Below are positions 1 through 8,793 of a stretch of DNA of 64,000 nucleotides, in pieces. The notes under the pieces were generated by a model. That model was not told where the DNA came from. It saw only the letters and a program-made list of their open reading frames with translations, and searched no databases. The position numbers and the translations under genes are program-made. Numbering within the stretch: the stretch's first letter is position 1; the number at the start of each line of letters is the position of its first letter. The DNA comes from a virus: IMG/VR virus record IMGVR_UViG_3300021197_000841, positions 8,162 through 72,161 of that record; one strand, 5' to 3'.

Positions 1-2
1 AC

Positions 3-866
3 TCATGTAATTTCATTTTCTAAACTCTTAATAATATCGTCTGTTAACCAATTTTTATCTACATAATGAAACGGGTATTGCTGTTGAAAGTTTCCTACTT
101 TAAATGTTTTTATGTTGCTAAAATATGTAGGCATACTAAGTGTCCACTTCTCATCTAAGAATGAACCACTAGGCACATCTTGTATAAAACTTTTCATATG
201 TGTAAATGTAGGTAATTCTTTTAAGTCATTTACTGTTGCTTCTTCCTCAATACCTAAAAGTTGTATTGCTAGAGCGTACACGACGTCAGCACTTAATTTT
301 TCAGGCTTGCCGTTTGGCATGTATTTAAAAAAGAAACGTTGCCAATTTTGGAATATAATTTCAACAAATTTAAAAAACTCTGTGGCCTTTTCTGATTTTT
401 TAAAATAAAAGAAAGCAGTATAAACATTTGGCATATTATTTTTTATAAAATATTCTCTGTAATACATATTATGATCTACAGCATTCTCGCCTCTATATGT
501 TTTAACATTTGTACATGCCCATATATCTCTTTCGCATAATGTGTCCCACCAATGACTAACGTCTGTAGGGAATACCATATCAGTATCTAATATAACTGTT
601 TCATCATATGGTGACATATAATAGTATTTCCATTTGTTATCTATTTTCCAATCAGAATCTTTAGCATCATCTTCCCATGGTATTTCAACAACTTGATCAA
701 ATACTTCTAAATATTTTTTAGGTACTTTAGTTCCCTTGTCCACACATACACACAGATTGCTTACAGTCGTCTGTGTTGCTTTTAAACTTAATGCTAGACC
801 ATATGCCATCCTTAAATAATCTGTATCTCCTGAGTTTTGAGCAATAACAATATATCCCCTACTCAT
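3..866 (-). CDS. GT-A-fold glycosyltransferase-like protein
   Basis: DxD motif (TVILDTDM), N-terminal beta-strand/helix 'GYIVIAQN...YLRMAYGLALSLK' and a C-terminal FHY motif. Start moved to the ATG at 866 (MSRGY), which overlaps the upstream gene's stop. Confidence 0.65.
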   Translation of the reverse strand: MSRGYIVIAQNSGDTDYLRMAYGLALSLKATQTTVSNLCVCVDKGTKVPKKYLEVFDQVVEIPWEDDAKDSDWKIDNKWKYYYMSPYDETVILDTDMVFPTDVSHWWDTLCERDIWACTNVKTYRGENAVDHNMYYREYFIKNNMPNVYTAFFYFKKSEKATEFFKFVEIIFQNWQRFFFKYMPNGKPEKLSADVVYALAIQLLGIEEEATVNDLKELPTFTHMKSFIQDVPSGSFLDEKWTLSMPTYFSNIKTFKVGNFQQQYPFHYVDKNWLTDDIIKSLENEIT

Positions 867-1737
867 AATACATCTCCAACAATGTGTCAGCATGTCTTTG
901 TAATGCCCATTTGTTCATTATATGTAAGTCAACATCTTTCCACCTACACAAATGAAAGTCAGCATTTGTTCTAACTTTTTCAACAAACATCGTAATATCA
1001 TTTACGTCATTAATTGAATGTATGTCATCCCAATCAAATGTTTTATACATTCTTTCTATTGGTAGTTGTGGCTGTGCTTCACTTTGAAATCCGTTCATAA
1101 CATGTGCGGCAACACTAAAACTATAATCGTTTCTGTATATAGAACCTGGTAAGTTATATAAATCTTTATAAAAAGGCCAATTCTCTTTTACATGTTTTAC
1201 TATTTCAAAGAAACTTTGAGTGTATGCTGTCTTTTGAAAATAACATACAGTTGCCCAATACATAGTTATTCCTATGTCGTCTACACGCCTCCAGGTATTT
1301 TCTCTTTTAAATTGTATATCCTGTACATTGTGGTGTAGCATTAATTCGTTTTTGTGACCCCAGCAGTTGTTTAAACTGTCGCTGAGTATCAAGTAGTCTA
1401 CATCTAAAACTATGGTTTCATCATATGGTGAAATATCAAATGAGTCACATCTATTAGCATTGTAAAATGATAAACTTTTTACACTATGATTAGTGTCTCT
1501 AAAGTTTCTATAGTTTTTACGTTTGAATTCTTGATCCTTATCGGTAAGGATAATGTTAGGTATATACTTGTCTACGTTTAAATTTTTAGAAGTATATTCA
1601 AGTGAGTTAGAATCAGTAACAACCGTTATGTTCTCTAAGCCTAAATTATACCTAGCCATAGTGCTAGACATACAAGCAAGTTTTAGATAATCTATTTCTG
1701 GATTGTTATGAGCAAAAAATAGTAGTCCTTTAGTCAT
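859..1737 (-). CDS. GT-A-fold glycosyltransferase-like protein (paralogue of neighbour)
   Basis: Shares 'SPYDETIVLDVDY' with the neighbour's 'SPYDETVILDTDM'; DxD motif; same layout. Confidence 0.65.
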   Translation of the reverse strand: MTKGLLFFAHNNPEIDYLKLACMSSTMARYNLGLENITVVTDSNSLEYTSKNLNVDKYIPNIILTDKDQEFKRKNYRNFRDTNHSVKSLSFYNANRCDSFDISPYDETIVLDVDYLILSDSLNNCWGHKNELMLHHNVQDIQFKRENTWRRVDDIGITMYWATVCYFQKTAYTQSFFEIVKHVKENWPFYKDLYNLPGSIYRNDYSFSVAAHVMNGFQSEAQPQLPIERMYKTFDWDDIHSINDVNDITMFVEKVRTNADFHLCRWKDVDLHIMNKWALQRHADTLLEMYYE

Positions 1738-2092
1738 CCTGCTCTATGTCCAAAAGTTTATGGACTTTACGAGCCTGTCTTAACTTAACATATTCAGCAT
1801 GGTAATCGTTTGTAACTTCAAAATATTTGCTTGTGATGTTTTCAAGGAAGTCTGCTAAATCGTCGATTTGAATTGGGTTTTGGAAGTTGTCAATTAGTAT
1901 AACATCTTCTGTATATTCTTGACGAATAAGAGAGTCAACAAAAGTAATCAACTCTCTTGAAATTGTAAAAGTACCGCCATTGATACTGTAAATTAATTTT
2001 GTTTGTAGTTTAGATCGCAACGATACTAACTGATTATTAAGTGTTAACCTGTAATTAGCAAACTCTAATGCTTTAGTAAGTCTTTCGCTCAT
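1730..2092 (-). CDS. hypothetical protein (120 aa)
   Basis: Clean ORF with an AGGA RBS and a CATAAATA box at 2127-2120; overlaps the next gene. Confidence 0.6.
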   Translation of the reverse strand: MSERLTKALEFANYRLTLNNQLVSLRSKLQTKLIYSINGGTFTISRELITFVDSLIRQEYTEDVILIDNFQNPIQIDDLADFLENITSKYFEVTNDYHAEYVKLRQARKVHKLLDIEQDD

Positions 2093-2162
2093 GTAAGTCC
2101 TGTGTGTAGTTTATAATACTATTTATGCATTATAAAGCCGCCTTAACAATAATTAAGAACTA

Positions 2163-3056
2163 TTATAAATCTGAATTAGTTGTATAAGTCGGTGTTGCTA
2201 CAGTTACAGTATAACCATTTGGCAAAGTACCACTGTTAGGTCTTGCTTGACCTATAACACTTTGTAATGTTCCGTCAACACTATCAAAGTAACCTCTACC
2301 TGTATGCGAGTCACCAAACGTAATTAAGAATCTTAATGTTGTTGAGTTATCTGCTTTTGCTTGTATTTGATAAAAGTTAGTTGAGTATGACCCAGAACCT
2401 GCTTTAGTGTATATGGTTTGGTAACTGGTTGTTAAGTCACTGTTACCTATACTTGTAGTTGTACCTGAACTTGCTGTTGTGGCTGTATAAGCCATTTGAA
2501 CTGTACCGATAGCACTTAACATATTAGTCCAGTCAGTGTTCTGATCGTTACTTGAACCACCACTTCGTGACGCACTAAAGTTTAATTTACCGCCAGCATT
2601 AAAAAATGCTTGTCTATGTGCCGCATTACTAAATGTTACAGTACAATCATGAGTAACTGTAGTACTCCATGCCGCTGTTCTAGTACTTGTATCTTTGTTT
2701 TCTGTTGATAAGTAAGATGCGTCAGCAGTTAATCTGCTATTATATCCGTTAGTAATTGTACCTTGAATATTATTTAAATCTGTTTCCTGTATAGTACCAG
2801 CATTAGCAACATCAGAAACTGTGTTGGTTGCTCCGGCATATACCGCTATATCCTGAGCGGCATTAATAATGTCATTAGTGTTTGTATCTGTAATTGTGGC
2901 TCCAGCGGCTGGATTGTAAACACTCCAACTTTGACCCCACCCTTCGGTGCCGGATGCTGTGCCAGTAATTAATAAAATATTGTTTCGTGTAATATCCCAA
3001 TCGGACGCAGTTATTGTGTCTCCTGGTGATCTATTTGTCATTGTTGATAATGCCAT
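2163..3056 (-). CDS. Ser/Thr-rich virion structural protein (tail/baseplate-associated)
   Basis: Very T/S/G/N-rich beta-type composition; AGGAG RBS; GATAAATA box at 3115-3108; tail-module context. Confidence 0.6.
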   Translation of the reverse strand: MALSTMTNRSPGDTITASDWDITRNNILLITGTASGTEGWGQSWSVYNPAAGATITDTNTNDIINAAQDIAVYAGATNTVSDVANAGTIQETDLNNIQGTITNGYNSRLTADASYLSTENKDTSTRTAAWSTTVTHDCTVTFSNAAHRQAFFNAGGKLNFSASRSGGSSNDQNTDWTNMLSAIGTVQMAYTATTASSGTTTSIGNSDLTTSYQTIYTKAGSGSYSTNFYQIQAKADNSTTLRFLITFGDSHTGRGYFDSVDGTLQSVIGQARPNSGTLPNGYTVTVATPTYTTNSDL

Positions 3057-3127
3057 CTGTAATATCTCCTACTTTATACAGCACATTTAATGTGCTCTCT
3101 TCGTAAGTATTTATCAAATAACTTAAA

Positions 3128-5065
3128 TTATGAGTCTTGAGTAAACCTTTTTGTCCATAGTGTAAGACTGTATTTAACGCCTTCTTCCAACTCTTCACAT
3201 ACATGCGGGTGGGTAACTTGTCCGGGCCACAATAGCATAACGCCTCTGGGTACATGCCTATTTGTGAAGTGCTGTCTGGGGAAAGTTAATTCGGCACCCT
3301 GGTAGTCTTCATTTAATTTAACACTTCCACTTACCATGCTGGCATCGTTATGTAAGTTTAATGATGTTTGTGTATCTAAACTGTAACGCATAGCAAAGTA
3401 ATCTCTTATACCGTACATGCTCATAGGCGGCCAATATGCTTCTAGTTGCGGCCAAACATGCTTTGTTAAATTCTTTTCCATTTCTTTATAAAGATTAGGA
3501 CAAAGTTTTTGTATTCTTATTTCCTGTGCCGGATAGGCATCGTCAGGTCTAGGTTCCCATCCACCGAGTTGGTCACATGCTCCAATAATATCATCACACA
3601 TTTGAGGTGTTAAATATTCACATGCTACTATATCATCTGCTACTGTCCAAATTTTATGATACCTAGCAAAGTTAATAGGAACAACCGCACCTCTATTAAA
3701 TAGTTGGTTTACTAGACGTTGATATGCTTTTTTATCTTCGTCGCCACCATTACCATGTAACACACAACTATAGCAACCTGTTTCTTTATTGTATACTTGG
3801 TTATTATCTGACACACTTAAACTGTTAGCAGTACCACTCACACATTGAAATATATAATTTTCTATATCTAATTTAATATTCCAATTGCCTGATAAAAATA
3901 ATTTTTGATAATATAGTTGATCGTCATCTGCTTTATTAATATCCGTGCGTAACATTTCTTTTATAACACTTGCTTTACCAATAAACCCGCCACTGTTTAA
4001 AAATCTATTCCTTGTGTGTACTTGTGGGAATTGTTCTGCTATACTATTGTCTGGCCATATTAACGGTTCGGCGCCAAACACTACATCTGCTCCAAACTGT
4101 TTAAAGCGATTTACCAACTCTGTTTCCGTATCGTTGATAACAACATCGTATCCGTCGACAAACATAACTATATCGCGGTCATCGACATTACGCAATCTAC
4201 TTCTTAAATAATGTACTTTGTGACCTCCGCCTGGGCCATCTGCCATTACACCGCCTTGCCATTTTTCGCCTACGCCTAACATTTCTAAATGTAGATTATG
4301 TATCTCGCAACTCTTAATAAGTTGTTCTGCTTTTTTACTCTCTGTTGCTACAGTAAACAATCTAAAGTCTTTCCATTCCTTAAATCTTAGATTATTTTCT
4401 GTGTCTGTTTTACCTATTGCTGTTTCTCTTTTGTGAGGAGTAAAAATATTATTTTTATATGCTAAGCCTTTTAATTTTGGTAAATCTTTAAACTCTGGAT
4501 ATAAGTCAGCATGTGGACTTGTACCTAACATCATTGGCAAATATTCGTCTGCTGGTATAATGTTTTTTACAGCGACATTGTTTAATAATTTACTTGCTCC
4601 TTGTACACTTAATGCGTATGCGGCCGTCCAATAACAGTATCCTGGTATTTCAAATAAATCATCAAACCCTTGAGCATTATTATCCATATTATACTTGGAT
4701 AGATACACTAAGTCAAATTCATCTAGCCGTTCTGATATCTGAGTAATATTATAGTTGTCTGTGCTATGATATAAATCATCTTCTATGATGATGCCTGGCT
4801 TGCCACTAGTAACAATTTTACTCCAGGCAGTAATATGGCTTAGTGTACATCCTACTTCGCCTGGTGTAAGTGGTCTATCTTCTATTGGGTCTAACCATCT
4901 ACTATTAACCGCCATCTTATTATCTAATACTTTTTGATAATCTACTAATGTTCCGTCTACGGCATTGATACGTTCAAAGTCAGATATATCTAACTTTTCA
5001 AATAATTGCTCAGTATTCTCTTTGCGGTCTATTCGTTTTTCTAAATTAATATAATAGTGCTTCAT
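3128..5065 (-). CDS. GT25 (COLGALT-like) + PLOD-type glycosyltransferase + lysyl-hydroxylase-like 2OG-Fe(II) dioxygenase fusion
   Basis: GT25 motifs: INLEKRIDR, AVDG, GEVGCTLSH, IEDD, YWTAAYALS. PLOD-GT motifs: TVAT, LGVGEKWQGG, GGGHKV, MFVDGYDV, FLNSGGFIG, DDQLYY, HGNG. Dioxygenase motifs: HND...THPH. Start at 5065 gives an ATGA overlap with the upstream stop. Confidence 0.85.
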   Translation of the reverse strand: MKHYYINLEKRIDRKENTEQLFEKLDISDFERINAVDGTLVDYQKVLDNKMAVNSRWLDPIEDRPLTPGEVGCTLSHITAWSKIVTSGKPGIIIEDDLYHSTDNYNITQISERLDEFDLVYLSKYNMDNNAQGFDDLFEIPGYCYWTAAYALSVQGASKLLNNVAVKNIIPADEYLPMMLGTSPHADLYPEFKDLPKLKGLAYKNNIFTPHKRETAIGKTDTENNLRFKEWKDFRLFTVATESKKAEQLIKSCEIHNLHLEMLGVGEKWQGGVMADGPGGGHKVHYLRSRLRNVDDRDIVMFVDGYDVVINDTETELVNRFKQFGADVVFGAEPLIWPDNSIAEQFPQVHTRNRFLNSGGFIGKASVIKEMLRTDINKADDDQLYYQKLFLSGNWNIKLDIENYIFQCVSGTANSLSVSDNNQVYNKETGCYSCVLHGNGGDEDKKAYQRLVNQLFNRGAVVPINFARYHKIWTVADDIVACEYLTPQMCDDIIGACDQLGGWEPRPDDAYPAQEIRIQKLCPNLYKEMEKNLTKHVWPQLEAYWPPMSMYGIRDYFAMRYSLDTQTSLNLHNDASMVSGSVKLNEDYQGAELTFPRQHFTNRHVPRGVMLLWPGQVTHPHVCEELEEGVKYSLTLWTKRFTQDS

Positions 5066-5634
5066 CGCCAATGTGGGCCTTCCACCCATGTTACTAAACT
5101 GTGTCTTATTCCGCTGGTAACTGGTGTTACTCTGTGCCTGTGAAAACTTGGAAATACAATTATTGAACCTTTGTGAAATGCTTCAGGCGGTAGTACCGGT
5201 AAGGTTGGATCAAATTCAAATTTGCCACCTTCGTACTCACTTGGATCAGTTAGTTGAAATACTAAACTTAACTTTCTATGGAATGCTCTAGGTTCTGCCC
5301 AATCAACATCGTGATGCCAATCATACTTACCAGGAGTATCTGGGTCACCTATATATTTTGTAAATTGAATTTCGTTAACATATCGTAAGTCTAAATCAAA
5401 CGAGTCTCTATTAACTTGATTAGCATAGTGCCATATTTCGTCGACTATTGCTTTTTCGCTTTTAGAATTTAACCAACGTATTTCACTTTTACGATAGGAC
5501 GAATCTTGTTTGCCGTTTTCAAATCCTATAATTGCTTCGTTGGGTGTATAATTTTCTGTTGCGTACTCGACAATGTAGTCACACCAACTAGGGTCTAATG
5601 CTTTGTCAAAGAATAACCAGTAATCTCCTTTCAT
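5062..5634 (-). CDS. 2OG-Fe(II) oxygenase (prolyl-4-hydroxylase/PKHD-like)
   Basis: 'YDWHHD' (HxD), 'RKLSLVFQL', 'YEGGKF', 'FPSFHRHRVTPVTSGIRHSLVTW' (distal His and 2OG-binding Arg). Confidence 0.9.
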   Translation of the reverse strand: MKGDYWLFFDKALDPSWCDYIVEYATENYTPNEAIIGFENGKQDSSYRKSEIRWLNSKSEKAIVDEIWHYANQVNRDSFDLDLRYVNEIQFTKYIGDPDTPGKYDWHHDVDWAEPRAFHRKLSLVFQLTDPSEYEGGKFEFDPTLPVLPPEAFHKGSIIVFPSFHRHRVTPVTSGIRHSLVTWVEGPHWR

Positions 5635-5670
5635 ACTACTAGTTATGACTTTTTAAGTTACGTTAAGTGA

Positions 5671-8076
5671 TTATTTGACGCCGACTACAACTTCAACAAC
5701 ACCATCATCAAAGGTATCTTTATTTGTTAATGCTCTACCAATAATACATCTCATATCGTAATCGTTATTGCCTAGTGCTTTAGCAAAACCTGGTTTACTA
5801 CCACTTACTAGTCTTTCGCCTTTCTTAATACGGCCTTCGACCTTACATGGTACTCTACCTGTTAATGCTACCGGCAAACCTTCTGCTTCACTGTTCATTA
5901 AGTATGCTGGGTTAGTAGATACTACTCCAAATACATTGGCATCATTGAATCCAGTTGTTTGTGTAACTTCTGCTGATCCGCCTAACTTAACAACTGTGCC
6001 TGCTTCGTAATCCTGATCTGCTGAATATATCTCAGCCAAATCCGCATATTGAGCCGATGTTGCTGTACCATTAAATGTAGTTGCGTACACATCGTTCCAT
6101 TTGTTACTGCTTGAACCTAAGTCATGAGTATTGTTTGTTTTTGGAACCACGTTAGTTGTTATACTACCTTGTATGCTTACATCATCTGATGCGGCGTTAC
6201 CAAATTGAGTGTTACCAGTAAACGTACCACTTGTACCAGATACAGCACCACTAAAGGTTCCTGCTACACCCGACACATCACCACTAAAGGTTCCTGCTAC
6301 ACCCGACACGTCACCGGCTGATGACAAACTACCTACAGATGTTGCTCCTGATATATCGGCGACGCCATTAATGTCTAATGAGCCACCTTCAATTTCGCCT
6401 GACGCAGTAATTGTTGTTGCTCCAGAAATTGCTCCATTAATAGTTAAATATGAGCCACCTGTGATCGAACTACCTGCTACTATTGTTGTTCCAACGTCTA
6501 ACGCAGTTCCAACAAAGGCTTTTTTCCTAATTACAGCACCACCTTGTGCTCTAAAGGATACTGAATAATCATTGTTGTTGTCAGCATCTGCTGTGCTTTC
6601 AATATGGAATGCTCCGCCAATATTAGCAGTATCAGTAACATAAACGTTGTCAACAAATAATTGTCTCCATCGATAGAGATCTGCACCAATATCAAATTGA
6701 CTGTCTTGCCTTGGTCTCATACCACTTATAATGTCTGCTACAAATTCAACACCGTCTGATGATGAATCACCAACTCTAACACTACCGTTAAGATTTGTTT
6801 GTCCAGTTACAGTTAATGTAGATGAAACATTTGCATATCCAGCCACTGTTAAGTAACCTAAACTGCTTATGCCGTTAGTTGCTGTAATAACGTTTGATAT
6901 AGTAGCATCTGCTGATGTAAAATCATCAAAGTTAATATCTGCTGTTACACTATTAGCAACAATGTTACCTGTAACAATTAAGTCTTCAGTTACATTAACG
7001 TCAGCAAAGTTACCTGTAGTAGCATTTGTTGTTGTAGCATGTATTTGATGTATCTTATTGCCGGTTTCACCTATGCTAAGTTGAGCACCCGAAGCCGGTC
7101 TAATTAAACTTGAACCACCATTTTGACCAAAGTATGCTGTGCCGTTAAGGTGGAGGTCTTGCCATCTGTTCGTACTTGAACCTAAATCATAGTTATCACC
7201 TAAGTCTGCTACAATATCAGCACTTGATCTAACAATAGTACTAATTGGGTAGTAAGAACTACCAATTTTTAAATTTCCTGTAACACTATCTGCTTCGATG
7301 GCTCTATCTGCTAGTGCTATTGATGTGTTAGCATATTCGTTTCTTAGGTTAAAACCTTTTTTGATTTTACCTGATGTTCCGTCGCTTCCTTTAAAGCCGG
7401 CGGATGATACAATTTGATCATACCAAACAAAACTAGATGTATCATCATCTGTTTGAGATACAACATCTGAAACTAAGAATTCAGTGTGATCACTGAATAT
7501 AGCCATAATGGTTTCACCATTTGGATGTTCAGCATCTGTTTCTGAATTATTAACATAAGTCAAGGCATGTACTGCTCTGGCCACACCTGCTGAATCTTTT
7601 AAGAATATTGTTCTGCCTCGTGTACCATAGGATGATGGCGTACCTAACGCACTGACTAACTGATATTCATCTGTTACAGTACCTGAGTAACTCGCATCAT
7701 GGAAAGCACCGCTACTGTAAATTTTTAATTTATTATCGGAAGTATCAAAATATGAAACTCCATCTGATAGACCGTCGCTTGGTGGAGTTTCTGATACTAC
7801 GGTAGAAACCCTTACCCAACCTTCTGTGCCTTTATAAACTCTTAGGACTTTGCCTGTTTTGTCATACCACAACTGTCCAATTAATGGAGATGCTACACCT
7901 GGTGCGGTTGCACTAGCAAAGTTTTCTAAGTGCCTTATAGAATTTTTAACAAACACGTCACCGTAGTTTGTTACATTCTTACCAATAAGTGTAACAGAAT
8001 ATGTTGTAGTATCAAGAGTTCCGTCAGCAACCGTTATTGTACGAGTGCTGTCTGTATTTGAAACTGTATATGCCAT
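5671..8076 (-). CDS. tail fibre / baseplate-attached fibre with C-terminal chaperone-like domain
   Basis: N-terminal 'LIGKN...YG...LENFAS...P..GQLWYD' attachment module, 'DLGSSxxRW' fibre repeats, and C-terminal 'AQYADLAEIY...GVVSTNPAYLMN...ALTGRVPCKV' typical of autocleaving chaperone domains. Confidence 0.75.
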   Translation of the reverse strand: MAYTVSNTDSTRTITVADGTLDTTTYSVTLIGKNVTNYGDVFVKNSIRHLENFASATAPGVASPLIGQLWYDKTGKVLRVYKGTEGWVRVSTVVSETPPSDGLSDGVSYFDTSDNKLKIYSSGAFHDASYSGTVTDEYQLVSALGTPSSYGTRGRTIFLKDSAGVARAVHALTYVNNSETDAEHPNGETIMAIFSDHTEFLVSDVVSQTDDDTSSFVWYDQIVSSAGFKGSDGTSGKIKKGFNLRNEYANTSIALADRAIEADSVTGNLKIGSSYYPISTIVRSSADIVADLGDNYDLGSSTNRWQDLHLNGTAYFGQNGGSSLIRPASGAQLSIGETGNKIHQIHATTTNATTGNFADVNVTEDLIVTGNIVANSVTADINFDDFTSADATISNVITATNGISSLGYLTVAGYANVSSTLTVTGQTNLNGSVRVGDSSSDGVEFVADIISGMRPRQDSQFDIGADLYRWRQLFVDNVYVTDTANIGGAFHIESTADADNNNDYSVSFRAQGGAVIRKKAFVGTALDVGTTIVAGSSITGGSYLTINGAISGATTITASGEIEGGSLDINGVADISGATSVGSLSSAGDVSGVAGTFSGDVSGVAGTFSGAVSGTSGTFTGNTQFGNAASDDVSIQGSITTNVVPKTNNTHDLGSSSNKWNDVYATTFNGTATSAQYADLAEIYSADQDYEAGTVVKLGGSAEVTQTTGFNDANVFGVVSTNPAYLMNSEAEGLPVALTGRVPCKVEGRIKKGERLVSGSKPGFAKALGNNDYDMRCIIGRALTNKDTFDDGVVEVVVGVK
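6246..6315. repeat. 33-bp tandem duplication (GDVSGVAGTFS x2, with degenerate flanking copies)
   Basis: caccactaaaggttcctgctacacccgacac occurs at 6246 and 6279. Confidence 0.9.
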
Positions 8077-8090
8077 CTTTTATTTCCTCT

Positions 8091-8747
8091 TTATGTCATC
8101 TGTATACGCAATGTATACACGACTTCTATTATTCTGTTTAAACTTTTTTGTACTGGGTGAAATACAACGTGTGTTAATAAGTCGCCGCTTGTACTCGCAG
8201 TAGTGGCATTCGCGCCATCTACATACGTCATAAGTCCTAATTCGTCAAATATATAATCACCTTCGTTATTTGAAGATGTATCAAACGATTGTTGTCCTGA
8301 AGGTTCGTTAAGTCCTAATGTACATGTAATTTTCATGTCAGTAAAACCTGATCCTTCAATAACTTCTAACTTGTTACTTGATTGATCATTGTTTTGTGCC
8401 GTTGTACTAATTACTTTAGCAAACGTTTTTCTATACAATGATGCTGATGTCTCTCTGCTTTCGCTAGTGTTTGTGCTTTTGTAAATTACTTTACCCGAAC
8501 TATCTACACTTGTTGCGCCGTTTCCGAATGCCATAAAGTGTATAATTTTATTGTCCTGGTTTCCTAATGCCTGTGATATTAGATAACCTAAGTTACCGTA
8601 GTGAATAGCATTTCTTTTGTTTACTAGTTCCTCGCCAGTTTCCTTATCTCTAATAAGTATATGACCTGAAACATCAAACCCTATGCTATCAGTCATTGGA
8701 TTGTCTGAATTTTCTACTTTTTCGTTGTTGTTATCTTTATCGTTCAT
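8091..8747 (-). CDS. baseplate/tail structural protein (218 aa)
   Basis: 'MAFGNG...FDELGL...LLTHVVFHPVQKS...VYTLRIQ' resembles fibre-anchoring baseplate proteins; lies between the giant baseplate gene and the fibre gene. Confidence 0.6.
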   Translation of the reverse strand: MNDKDNNNEKVENSDNPMTDSIGFDVSGHILIRDKETGEELVNKRNAIHYGNLGYLISQALGNQDNKIIHFMAFGNGATSVDSSGKVIYKSTNTSESRETSASLYRKTFAKVISTTAQNNDQSSNKLEVIEGSGFTDMKITCTLGLNEPSGQQSFDTSSNNEGDYIFDELGLMTYVDGANATTASTSGDLLTHVVFHPVQKSLNRIIEVVYTLRIQMT

Positions 8748-8793
8748 ATCAGTATTTATCTCTTTTATAAAATAGTCCGTTTATTTCTCAACC

